Source: Macrostomum lignano (Eukaryota). Taken from it: 64,000 nucleotides of DNA. Within the stretch, counting starts at the first letter, position 1. Each line of letters opens with the position of its first letter. A program made the position numbers and the translations under genes. Location: assembly GCA_002269645.1 (NCBI GenBank), contig NIVC01000262.1, forward strand, positions 62,001 to 126,000, in the 5' to 3' direction. Below are positions 11,161-29,926 of the stretch, piece after piece. Under the pieces are notes generated by a model. It was given only the letters and a program-made list of their open reading frames with translations, ran no database searches and was not told the DNA's origin.

Positions 11161-12234
11161 ATGCGGACTCTAGACACTGAAGAGAAAGTCCTGGTCGGTC
11201 TGGCATGGGCTTTCGCCGTTCTCGGCCTGGCCTTCGCGGGAGTTGGCATCTGGTGCCTGGCCGACACCAGCACTTTGCTGGGCTACGCGAACAGTCTGTA
11301 CTACAACAGCCAGGGGAGCAGCTTGTTCGGGCTGCAACCGGGCTTCACTCTGGTGCCGTGCGGTTTAGCCAGCGTCTTCGCTCTTCCAATCGGCATGGCG
11401 GCAACCTGCCGACCATCGAAGTCATTTCTAATTGCTTTCATAGTTTACATGTGCATCCTGCTGCTCGTTGAACTGCCAATGACTATCACGGTTCTGGCTG
11501 GTTGGCCTACAACAAAGACTACTTTGCAGACGGCGTTGGAAAACTCCATGAAAGACGATTATGTCGGTTTGCCCTACAGCTACACGCATAACAAACCAAA
11601 TTCGTTGATCTTTGACAAGCTGATGCTGGAGAATAAATGCTGCGGCATCAACTCCAACACGGACTTCACTAATAACTACTTCACATACGCCAGCGTCTGG
11701 TACAATGGCTATCGTTCTTATGCATTGGGCAACGGTACCAGCCTCACAGCCAGCATCCCAGCCGCCTGTTGCATGTACAACAATGTGCAGACAATGATTA
11801 ACAATAGCGACTGGCTGAATTATCGTAACTACATGCAGAACCAACTGTGCCCCTACAATCAAGGATATTCTTACGCTGTGGGTTGCTACAGCACATTGAC
11901 AACCTCTGTGTACAGTGTCATCTCATTATCGGTCGGCTGCTACTTCATCCCAATCATAGTGCAAGTCGCAGCCCTAGTCGCGGCCGGGGTGGTGTACCAC
12001 ACCGCCCACCACGCCAACGAGGTGGCCGATTGGACCCAGTACGACAAACAGTACAACAATGGCCGAACGGGCAGAAACGGCCGAGGCCAGCAGCAGCAGC
12101 AGCAGCAGCGGCAGTCGAAACGGCCGGATAGAGGACAGGACGACGATGACGTCTATTACACAGGGAGGGACGCCGGGAGGAACCCGAACCAGTACGGCGG
12201 CGGCTGGGGATCGAATAATTACCGGCGGGCTTAA
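11161..12234 (+). CDS. tetraspanin-family membrane protein (357 aa, intronless CDS)
   Basis: Four hydrophobic segments; large extracellular loop with CCG (NKCCGIN), PAACC, a further Cys and GCY before TM4; long polar C-tail. Confidence 0.9.
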   Translation: MRTLDTEEKVLVGLAWAFAVLGLAFAGVGIWCLADTSTLLGYANSLYYNSQGSSLFGLQPGFTLVPCGLASVFALPIGMAATCRPSKSFLIAFIVYMCILLLVELPMTITVLAGWPTTKTTLQTALENSMKDDYVGLPYSYTHNKPNSLIFDKLMLENKCCGINSNTDFTNNYFTYASVWYNGYRSYALGNGTSLTASIPAACCMYNNVQTMINNSDWLNYRNYMQNQLCPYNQGYSYAVGCYSTLTTSVYSVISLSVGCYFIPIIVQVAALVAAGVVYHTAHHANEVADWTQYDKQYNNGRTGRNGRGQQQQQQQRQSKRPDRGQDDDDVYYTGRDAGRNPNQYGGGWGSNNYRRA

Positions 12235-12459
12235 TCTAAACTGCAGGGGCATGAAACTCATTCAAATGCAACTCATCAAGCAACTCCCAACAAGAGCTGA
12301 TATCTGCTCGACGGACTAAGCAATTAAGGAGGGACTGAAATAGCTGTTACGCAATGTACTCGTAAATTAAGTATCCACCACAGATTAGTTGGAACTCAAT
12401 GTTTTATTTTCAATTTTCATACTCGTATGTCTTATTAGGATGTTTCAATGTGTGTATTA

Positions 12460-12665
12460 GGGGGGTTGTAGCCTAGTGGTTAAAGCGTCGGATTCACGAC
12501 TTGAAGGTAGGGGGATCGATTCCCGATCCCACTGGAAAAGTTTGTGTCCTTGAGCAAGACACTTAACTCTGCACTACTGTTTCAGTTCACCCAACTGTAA
12601 AATGGGTGCCAGCATTAGCTGGGGTAATTGGGGGTTGTGGGTGGGCGATCCCCCAGTCCTTGGAA
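12460..12665 (+). mobile_element. tRNA-derived CORE-type SINE
   Basis: A box TAGCCTAGTGGT, B box GGATCGATTCC, then GTGTCCTTGAGCAAGACACTTAAC...CAGTTCACCCAACTGTAAAATGGG, which resembles the MIR/CORE domain; second copy at 30711-30880. The tail may extend to ~12775. Confidence 0.75.
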
Positions 12666-15324
12666 TGAACAGCCGTACGCAGCCTTCAGATGCGCCGCGC
12701 AATAGCTGCGGCTGAGCTGTCGGTTGCACATCTGACCATTGGGGCAGGCGTAATTATTTTTTTTATTAATTATTACTAATTTGCGTACCAATTTTTCACA
12801 TGCGCAAAAATTTTGCTTGTTCATTTGCTTTTTTTGTCAATCCTGTCTTACGTTCATAGCATTTTCTTCCAATACACTATCTGTATTTTGTACGCAACGC
12901 AGTAAGCGCCTGTTGCTTTTCTATACTATCAACCTGTAGCTAATTAGCCTGATGAACTGGAGGCTTTATGATAATCTTCAATGTCGATATCAAAACTTTT
13001 ACTTTCTACTGTATGCGTGCAAAATTGCAAGGTGAAAAACATTTATATTTCATTGAAATCCACTGAAAACGGTACTGAACAATCTTAAACTGTTTAATCT
13101 TGCCGGGGGGCTCCGGCAGCTAGGGGGATGTCAAGAATCTTAAAAGTCCCCCAGTTTCAAAACTACAATTACAATAGCAACCAACAAATGAAATGATTTT
13201 TTGACAATCTATTGTCAATAGTTTTACATTTAATTACAGCTGGTATAAACAGAACTATGTACAGTGCCACGCAGAAGGTATAAAGCCGGTTTTAGGCCAC
13301 TCAGATAAAGTTGATTTCGTAGAACTTGCCTTCAATAAGTGTTGGTTGGACAATCGTTGAATTTTAAACAGAGTTTTTGCAGCCATGTTTTTTCAATGCA
13401 TTAAAATATTAACATTTGTGTAAATTCTTTTGCTTCAAAGGCAGCTCAGAATCTGGTTCGGATATTACTCTATACATTATAAACAAATCAGCTCAGCTCA
13501 GCTGATTTGAAGCGGCTAGTCAATTTGATTCTACCTAACCCTAATTCAAAGTTCAATTGGTAGTCGACCATCGTTATGTTTTAAAAACTGTTTGATTTTT
13601 TGGAAGGAGTGTCGCCTCTTTCCTTAGTCGCGCGCTCCATCCTTTTATTATCTGGACTCAACCAAGGCCCTTAAGTTATTGTCTTATTAATAAGCCGGTT
13701 TAGGCCCTGCGCCCCACTTTCGTACTATTCAATTAACTCAATTTAGATGGTTTACTGATTGATTTCTTTACAATGTGCACGGGTGCAGCTTTATAGTCTT
13801 GAAGAATGCAGTTCTACAAGCCGGCCATTGTGGTGAATATTCAAGCATCTTGTTCTACAGCTTTAAAGAAGGCCTGCACTTCAGTATTGGATTTTATTGT
13901 AAAGCTCCATTTAAAATAAAAATTCATTTTGTAGTTAGTTATTTAGTATATTGTGACTAGCAATCTAGTGCCCCCCATCGGGGCGCCCAATAAGCAAGGA
14001 GCAAAAATTATTCATGCAAATACATAAGTTAGTCAAATCATTGAATGATTCCTGCACGCCGATGAGTGCGTCAATGGCAAAAGCACGAGTGCCGTGTTTG
14101 GGGGTGCTTGGTCCGGGGGTGGGTGCGCCGCCCCCGGGGCGGGGGTGGGTGTCTGTGGGGCCTTTTTAGCCCCGTGCGTTGTGCCCGCCTCAGCCTATCT
14201 CTCCTCGCCAGCTTGCATGCGTTTTTTTCTGCTTTTAGCCCTCTTTCTCGCAATTCCTGCAACTTCTTTTTTTCCTTTCGCTTCGTTTACCTTTTACTCT
14301 TCCAAATAGTTTTTTCGAATGCTTTGCAAATATACTCGTGTCTCGTAAGTTGCCCATACAGGGCGGTAGGATGTTTTGCTCGTGCTCTCCAATACTTGCC
14401 TTTGCTCTCTCCCTCCGGCCGTTCCGCTAAGTTGCATCATAAATTTGAGTGAATGCACAGAGAGGGGTCAAGGGGGCGAAATCCCTTGCGGGGGTGTGGG
14501 GGCAGAGCCCCCACATACTAACATTAAGAAGTTATATCAAAATGCTGCGCTTATCAAAATAATTGACCATGTAAGAGGGCCCCCTCTCTCTCTGGTATGA
14601 ATCTGAGCAGAGCTGCAGCAGTCGATCGGATAAGGTCTAGGTAGACAAATTAAGTGTCAGACAGAGAGGCGCGGCTTAGGGTAGAAAATATTTTATGGCA
14701 GACGCAGCGAGGGCTTGGGGGGAGGTGGGTCTAGGTGGGTCTAGGGAACGATCGATAACTGATGGCTGTGAAATGTACACTAAGCGTACAGTTACTGCTG
14801 GGGAAACGTCTTGAATAAATGGCACGAATAAAGCTTGTGCAGGAATGAAATCTTGCTCTTGGTCAATCGACAATGGAAAAGCGCCTAAAAAGTTAGCAAT
14901 GTTAGTCAAATTGACAAACTTATCAAAACCTGCAACGCGTTTCAGTCAAATAAATCGTTATTACGGTTATTACGTTACGAGTCGTATAAATTCGTATAGC
15001 TAGAAAACTAAAGGCTGATTCACATTGCCGTCAAAATGACCCATCAAATTGTACGACCAGTGTACAATAGGAATCAAAGTTGATTTAGCACAGAAATAGT
15101 TATAGCTGTTACAGCTGTTTGAAAAAGAAATACCTGCAAAAGATGATCAATTCTTCCCGTGATGTACGAGCTAAATACCTGTTGCGCAGTGGACGAATTT
15201 GATCATTTCTACCTTGCGTCTGCACACAGCGAAACTATATCTATATTAATATATGTGATATTGTACTATTCTGACTACTAGAAGTAAAAACCTAGGAATG
15301 ACAATGAAAAATCTGAGTGTAATA

Positions 15325-15885
<561 letters not shown>

Positions 15886-16730
15886 ACCCTTAGTTAGAAC
15901 TTAAGTTATAATTCGTAAAATCTCATAAATGATAAGAACACAATAAAGCCATTGTCCCACTTTTGAAGACAACAGCGTCTACTCATATATTTCTCATATA
16001 TATCTACTAGTTAAGCCGGCAAGTCTACCTCGCAAACTGTTAGCATATACCGGCATAAACTTTGTGTCCCGAGTCTAAAAGTACTTCCAAAGTTTCGTCT
16101 TCACTATTGCCTTGAGCAGCGCTCACGCCATCAAGAGCTGAACTAAGATGTCTAAGAAGTATATATTTAGGCTATTCAAGAAGACTCACTCAGCTTATAA
16201 AAATAAGTCTATTGTCCCTTCGTAGAGCGGAAAACTACAGCCTCCAATATGCCTCTGCTGCTGCAGTAGCCGTTTATCATGCACAAGAGCAGAATTCGCA
16301 TTTATGTAACATGCAAGGGGCTTTTCATCAGCCAGCAACCAGTGACTGCCGCGGTCTGCTGGCGTAGCGCTAAAAAGATGCTTCGCGGTTTGAGACCAAG
16401 CAGGGCCCTGGGTCTTGAAGGGGTGTTATAAGGGTCTACACTCAGAATAAGCGTCTGCAATAAAAAACTTGCCTGTAGAAGAGTGAGCGAAATGAAACAG
16501 AGACAAAAAATAGCTCGAACAAAACCTTTTCAGCATAAAAAAGCTCAGATACACTTAAATTAGCTTTGAGTTTACTGATGTCCAAATATGGCCATCCTTT
16601 CGTTACTCCAGCTGCGCCAATTGCCTTATAAAGAAATGAGTTCACGCGTCAGGTCAAGCCGTCTTGTTAGAATTCAGGTGACAATATTATTGAATAGGTG
16701 TGTAAAAGACATTTAGAACTATTACTGTGG

Positions 16731-16748
16731 TTAGTTAGTCAGTTTGTT

Positions 16749-16779
<31 letters not shown>

Positions 16780-16797
16780 TAGTTAGTTAGTTACTCG

Positions 16798-16861
<64 letters not shown>

Positions 16862-16894
16862 CAGTTTGTTAGTCAGTTAGTTAGTTAGTTAATA

Positions 16895-16993
<99 letters not shown>

Positions 16994-17026
16994 CAGTTTG
17001 TTAGTCAGTTAGTTAGTTAGTTAATA

Positions 17027-17075
<49 letters not shown>

Positions 17076-17078
17076 ATA

Positions 17079-17167
<89 letters not shown>

Positions 17168-17170
17168 ATA

Positions 17171-17219
<49 letters not shown>

Positions 17220-17222
17220 ATA

Positions 17223-17311
<89 letters not shown>

Positions 17312-17314
17312 ATA

Positions 17315-17349
<35 letters not shown>

Positions 17350-17371
17350 CAGTTTGTTAGTCAGTTAGTTT
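16731..17371 (+). repeat. (TTAG)n microsatellite
   Basis: Seen directly, with recurring TTAATAAG and GTCAGTTTG interruptions. Confidence 0.97.
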
Positions 17372-17747
17372 ACCCGCTGCATTGCGGTCAGTCCCCGATT
17401 CAATTGCAGAACAGATTTCAGTTATGAAGTGCTTTAAATTAATTAATGTGTCCGCGAGAACGAAATCGAACCCAGGCTCTTTGGCGCGTGAGACAGCACA
17501 GAATAAAAAATATTTGAATTCCCGCGAAAAGTGGGCTTGTCTCCGGATGCGTGTATTTATAAATCACTTTATGATACATTCTGTTCAAATGATCGAAAAT
17601 ACGATAGAAAAATAAAATTATCAATAAAAATATAGCTTAAAATCCATATTAGAATGATCAGGGCATACGATTAATGCATTCAAAGTATGTACACTTAACT
17701 TTGTACAAATAAGAGAGATACGACACCACACCACAATGTCAAAAGGG

Positions 17748-18210
17748 GGAGTGACTCTCAGTCTCTGGGGTGGATCAGAGAGTGACTCTCAGGGTTGGAT
17801 CAGGGAGTGACTCTCGGGTGGATCAGGGAGTGACTCTCGGGTGGATCAGTGAGTGACTCTCGGTTGGATCAGTGAGTGACTCTCAGGGTTGGATCAGAGA
17901 GTGACTCTCAGGGTTGGATCAGTGAGTGACTCTCTGGGTTGGATCAGAGAGTGACTCTCGGGTGCGGATCAGAGAGTGACTCTCAGGGTTGGATCAGTGA
18001 GTGACTCTCAGGGTTGGATCAGAGAGTGACTCTCGGGTGCGGATCAGAGAGTGACTCTCAGGGTTGGATCAGAGAGTGACTCTCAGGGGTGGATCAGAGA
18101 GTGATTCTCAGGGGGTGGATCAGTGAGTGACTCTCGGGTGGATCAGGGAGTGACTCTCAGGGTGCGGATCAGGGAGTGACTTTTAGGGGCGGATTAGGGA
18201 GTGACTCTCA
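17748..18210. repeat. ~25-bp minisatellite with palindromic core, directly 3' of the kinase stop codon
   Basis: Unit GGTTGGATCAGAGAGTGACTCTCAG; core GAGAG-TGA-CTCTC. Confidence 0.93.
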
Positions 18211-18213
18211 GCC

Positions 18214-24601
<6,388 letters not shown>

Positions 24602-25689
24602 TTTTAGAGCAGATATTTCTGAAAGGAACAATTTTTAATGTCAGTTATAAATTTCGGTGCGAAATTATAAATCAATTATTAATTGCTATTGATAGACCCT
24701 TTTTAGTAAAAATGTACTTCAAAGATGAAACGGTTTATAGCCGGTTCTAGAAAAAAGCTTACCAAGAAAATCTGAACAGGCACAGAGTCCAAGGTTGCTG
24801 GTGGCGCTATAAGTCGCACATGGTACCGGAAAAAAGTCATGAAAAAGTCTAAGTTAAAATTTTGCGATGAACTAATATAACCATTTTATATAATTTTAAC
24901 AAAAAGTAACTAACTTTTGTTTGTTGGTCATAAAAAGGAAAAGCTTTATTGATTTTTGAATCTATTTATAAACATTATTTCAGATTGTACTTGTAAATAA
25001 CAAAAAATAACAACACTTAATAATACTTAATTGAGCGTCACTAGTGTCGCGGAGATTTGGATATTGTAAGATATAAAATATTTACCCAAACTTGGTGTGA
25101 AATGCATGTAGAAAGTTCTCGATAAATCAAATTTTCAAATAAAATATTTCAACAAAAATTGTCTCTTGGGCCTTGAAAGTAGGAATACATACATGTATTT
25201 AACTATATGAGATAGAGCATTGAAGTGCCATGCACATTTCATACTTTATTAAATCAATTTGTGCAGATAATTAAAAAACAATTATTTTAAGTATGTCTTA
25301 AAAGTTAGATTATAAACATTTTTATTTTATAATTAGGCACTAAAAATGACTATAAAAAGCCATACACTAGCTAGTACGCTCGTACTAGCTATTCATTACC
25401 TCCAGCCCCAACCATCTTCTCCATCCATCCAACAACCCTGACCCTATTCTCCCTCTGGCCCCTTATCTGCAGGGTGGTCCAAAGACAGCGGGGAGGCAAG
25501 CACTGAAAATTCTACTATCCTTCTAGACAGGACTAGCCCCACCCTCTTCTCCCCTCGATGAGCCCCAACCCTCTTGTAACTTTCACAATCGAGAACGTTA
25601 TGCGACCAACTACACTGTTGGTACTGAGTCAAGCTGCTGATGGGGGAGAGGGCGCAGCAGAGGCTGCTGGTGAGGCTTCGAATGAAGCT

Positions 25690-26365
25690 ACCAATGAAAC
25701 TACCAATGATCAATGAAACTACCAATGATCAATGAAACTACCAATGATCAATGAAACTACCAATGATCAATGAAACTACCAATGATCAATGAAACTACCA
25801 ATGATCAATGAAACTACCAATGATCAATGAAACTACCAATGATCAATTAAACTACCAATGATCAATGAAACTACCAATGATCAATGAAACTACCAATGAT
25901 CAATGAAACTACCAATGATCAATGAAACTACCAATGATCAATTAAACTACCAATGATCAATGAAACTACCAATGATCAATGAAACTACCAATGATCAATG
26001 AAACTACCAATGATCAATGAAACTACCAATGATCAATGAAACTACCAATGATCAATGAAACTACCAATGATCAATGAAACTACCAATGATCAATGAAACT
26101 ACCAATGATAAATGAAACTACCAATGAAGCTACCAATCAAGCTGCCAATGAAACTACCAATGATCAATGAAACTACCAATGATCAATGAAACTACCAATG
26201 ATCAATGAAACTACCAATTATCAATGAAACTACCAATGATAAATGAAGCTACCAATCAAGCTGCCAATGAAGCTACCAATCAAGCTGCCAATGAAGCCAC
26301 CAATCAAGCTGCCAATGAAGCCACCAATCAAACTACCAATCAAGCTACGAATCAAGCTACCAATC
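25690..26365 (+). repeat. 19-bp tandem array grading into 12-bp units
   Basis: Unit AATGATCAATGAAACTACC; 3' end AATCAAGCTGCC/AATGAAGCTACC. Confidence 0.95.
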
Positions 26366-26846
26366 GAAATCTAGGCGTTAGCTAAAACAAATAGCAAGTG
26401 ACGTTTAGGGAGTCGTGAGCAGAGAAACAAACTGGGGAAAATAAGTTTAAGCTTACAAGAATGCTTTATGTTTAAATCATTTCGCAAATGATGCAAATTA
26501 ACCGAGATGTGCCAATGCAAATCTGCCAAAATCTTCATTTTAAATTCGATCTGCCCACTTATACTGCAATTGAGCAAAGCAAAATATACTCGTATCCTCC
26601 GCGTAGAACTGAGAAAATAATTGGAAATACATTTACATGTACAGCTGAACACTCACAGCCAACTTAACTAACTTAACAACTGATTATCCTTGCTCATAAA
26701 GTTTTATTTGGATCAATTAAAATTTTACCATGTAGCAATTTCAAACTTTTTTTTGCTTTTTGGCCAAATGAGAAAGGAATTAAGGAGAGGGAATAGAGGC
26801 AAGGGTGGGAGATAGGAGAATAGATGATAAAGATGAGGGATGAAAG

Positions 26847-27669
26847 CAGTGTTGGGCAATGCAGTCCGTTAATAAGCGGTAAGATTTTTCATTAACGTTA
26901 ACGGTCTGACGTTAAGATATTTTTGAACTAACGGATTAACGAATTTGCGTTAATAATTTTGTGAGTTTACGACAAATTCATCGTTAACGTTAATGGCAAT
27001 GTCAATGACCAAAGACGCAAAGAAAAAACAAAAATATGTCTGACGAGAAGTTACAACATTACGAATGTTTTTTAATTTACCTAAATGTCTTATTCATCTC
27101 TGTTTATAACGATGATCATGCAAATGTAACGACTTCTTACTAATGAACTTTAAGAAAGAATTAAAATTGTGAAATTTATTGCTCTCGCGTGAGCATCGAT
27201 CGCTTTGATTCACTTCTTTAACAATCTTTCGTAACTTTCTGCTGCGCCTGCTAATGCTACTGAAGCAGCCTTCCTATGCGTATTTTATTATTAACTAATT
27301 AGCTTTCAAGTTTCAAATAAATAAGATACTTTTTTACCGTATGCTTACTTTTAGTAGTATTATGTGTACAAGTTTTTAAAATTATTATTTATTACTTTTC
27401 AGCTTGTAAATCGCTTAGTTGACCTGTGTTTTGCTAAAAAGATGGAAAAGCAAACACAGTGCGTTATGAAGTCTGTTTTGGAATAAAGTACGGGATTTAT
27501 CTATTTTGTGAGTTAACTTTAACGGATTAACGCTTATTAACGATTATCAGTTAATTTTCAGTTAACTTGAACGAAATTAAGAGTTAAAAAGTTAAGTTTT
27601 TTTTGTTTGAACGCTAACGCTTTTGCCATTAACGGAAGTTAAGATTTTCATTAGCGGTGCCAAACACTG
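26847..27669. mobile_element. hAT-type MITE (823 bp)
   Basis: TIR CAGTGTTGGGCA / TGCCAAACACTG, perfect 8-bp TSD GATGAAAG (26839-26846, 27670-27677), subterminal TTAACG repeats. Confidence 0.9.
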
Positions 27670-28039
27670 GATGAAAGGAGAGAAGAGATGAGAGGGGAGC
27701 TGAGTAGAGAAATACAGAAGCTAGCCGATCCCCTCACCCTTTTCCTTCATTTTGCTCCTATAAAATACACGTACTGTATTATTGTCTTTGCATTCAGATG
27801 CATTTTCATTCAGAACTGACACTATTGCGTCATATTTACTTATTGCATTATCATTCTTATTGATACTGGGCAAACAAGTGGTGCCCGCGCTTCCCAGCCC
27901 TTTTCCTATATAAACTCAGCAACATTGAAAAGTCGCCATCACAAAATATTCCGTGTGGTCGCCACTTTTGAGAGTGCAGGTGAACTGCAACCTGTCTACT
28001 GCAAACTACTGGTTGCAATTAAAACCCCTCGGGCCATTT

Positions 28040-28632
28040 ACCCTTATGCAATACTGCAACCTGTTAAAACTACAACTTGCCCACTGCAACCCGTCAGAAC
28101 TGCAACCTGTCCAAACTGCAACCCGTCTAGTGCAACCTGTCCAGTGCAACCTGTCTAGTGCAACCTGTCCAAACTGCAACCTGTCCAGTGCAACCTGTCC
28201 AGTGCAACCTGTCCAGTGCAACCTGTCCAGTGCAACCCGTCTAGTGCAACCTGTCCAAACTGCAACCTGGCTAGTGCAACCTGTCCAAACTGCAACCTGT
28301 CCAAACTGCAACCTGTCCAAACTGCAACCTGGCTAGTGCAACCTGTCCAAACTGCAACCTGTCCAAACTGCAACCTGGCTAGTGCAACCTGTCCAAACTG
28401 CAACGCGTCTAGTGCAACCTGTCCAAACTGCAACCCGTCTAGTGCAACCTGTCCAAACTGCAACCCGTCTAGTGCAACCTGTCCAAACTGCAACCCGTCT
28501 AGTGCAACCTGTCCAAACTGCAACCCGTCTAGTGCAACCTGTCCAAACTGCAACCCGTCTAGTGCAACCTGTCCAAACTGCAATCCGTCTAGTGCAACCT
28601 GTCCAAACTGCAACCTGTCTAGTGCAACCTGT
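28040..28632 (+). repeat. 30-bp array built from TGCAACC subunits
   Basis: Unit TGCAACCTGTCCAAACTGCAACCCGTCTAG. Confidence 0.93.
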
Positions 28633-29089
28633 TCAATGAAACAGGGACATATATTTGAAATAAATAAATCAAAGTAAAACAATGAATCAATTTAGGCAAA
28701 ATTAGACTGTAAAGGAACTATATTGATTGAAATGTTTATTTAAAATGCAAAAAATTAATTCTTGGTAAACAACTAACATGTATTGAACAATAGAAACATA
28801 CGCCCCTATGCGCCTAAACCAATGTTGAAGAGTTTGTGATTTTTTCGGTTTTTAAATGCGCGCGAAAATTAATTTAAAAAAAAGCAAACTGACAAAGTCA
28901 AACAGACCGAGTATAAGATGAATTTACGGAACATAAAATGTGGTCACTACTACTTAAAAAAATAAAAAATAACAGGTTACAAACGTAAAGACTAAGTCGC
29001 TGACAAACTGTACTCTTAAAAGTATAATAAAGCACGTTTAATCTGACCAATCTCACCCCATGACCATTTTCAATGACTAAACACTATTA

Positions 29090-29893
29090 TCAATGACCAG
29101 AAAATGTCCTTAATGACCAAACAATTCCATTAGTGACCAGACACCACCAATATAACCAGACCCCCCTTATAACCAGAAACCACCCCTACGACCAGACACC
29201 ATCCCCAATGACCAAACACCACCCCCTATGACCAGACAGACACCACCCTAAATGACCAGACACCACCCTAAATGACCAGACACCACCCTAAATGACCAGA
29301 CACCACCCTAAATGACCAGACACCACCCTAAATGACCAGACACCACCTTAAATGACCAGGCACCACCCTAAATGACCAGACACCACCTTAAATGACCAGG
29401 CACCACTCTAAATGACCAGGCACCACCCTAAATGACCAGACACCACCCTAAATGACCAGGCACCACCCTAAATGACCAGACACCACCCTAAATGACAAAG
29501 CACCACCCTCAATGACCAGACACCACCCTAAATGACCAGACACCACCCTAAATGACCAGACACCACCCTAAATGACAAGACCCTACCCCTATGACCAGAC
29601 ACCACCCCCATGACCAGACATCACCTCCATGACCAGACACAACCCCCATGACCAGACACCACCCCCTATTACCAGACACCCTGCCCTATGACCAGACACC
29701 CTGCCCTATATGACCAGACACCCTGCCCTATATGACCAGACACCCTGCCCTATATGACCAGACACCCTGCCCTATATGACCAGACACCCTGCCCTATATG
29801 ACCAGACACCCTGCCCTATATGACCAGACACCCTGCCCTATATGACCAGACACCCTCTATATGACCAGACACCATGCCCTATGACCAGACACC
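29090..29893 (+). repeat. 20-21-bp array family downstream of the PrimPol stop
   Basis: ATGACCAGACACCACCCTAA changing to ATGACCAGACACCCTGCCCTAT. Confidence 0.92.
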
Positions 29894-29926
29894 AAAAATC
29901 AATTTCCAGACATTCAATTTGCAGTC

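Noticed and set aside
16731-17371. Interstitial telomeric repeat
   Set aside because: The unit is TTAG, not TTAGGG or TTAGG.
17440-17500. Minus-strand tRNA-like fragment (CACGCGCCAAAGAGCCTGGGTTCGATT)
   Set aside because: Only a B-box-like piece; too degenerate to call.
28006-28682. Cys-rich CPNC repeat protein (metallothionein-like)
   Set aside because: Open in several frames on both strands because the 30-bp unit lacks stops; no start or splice context.
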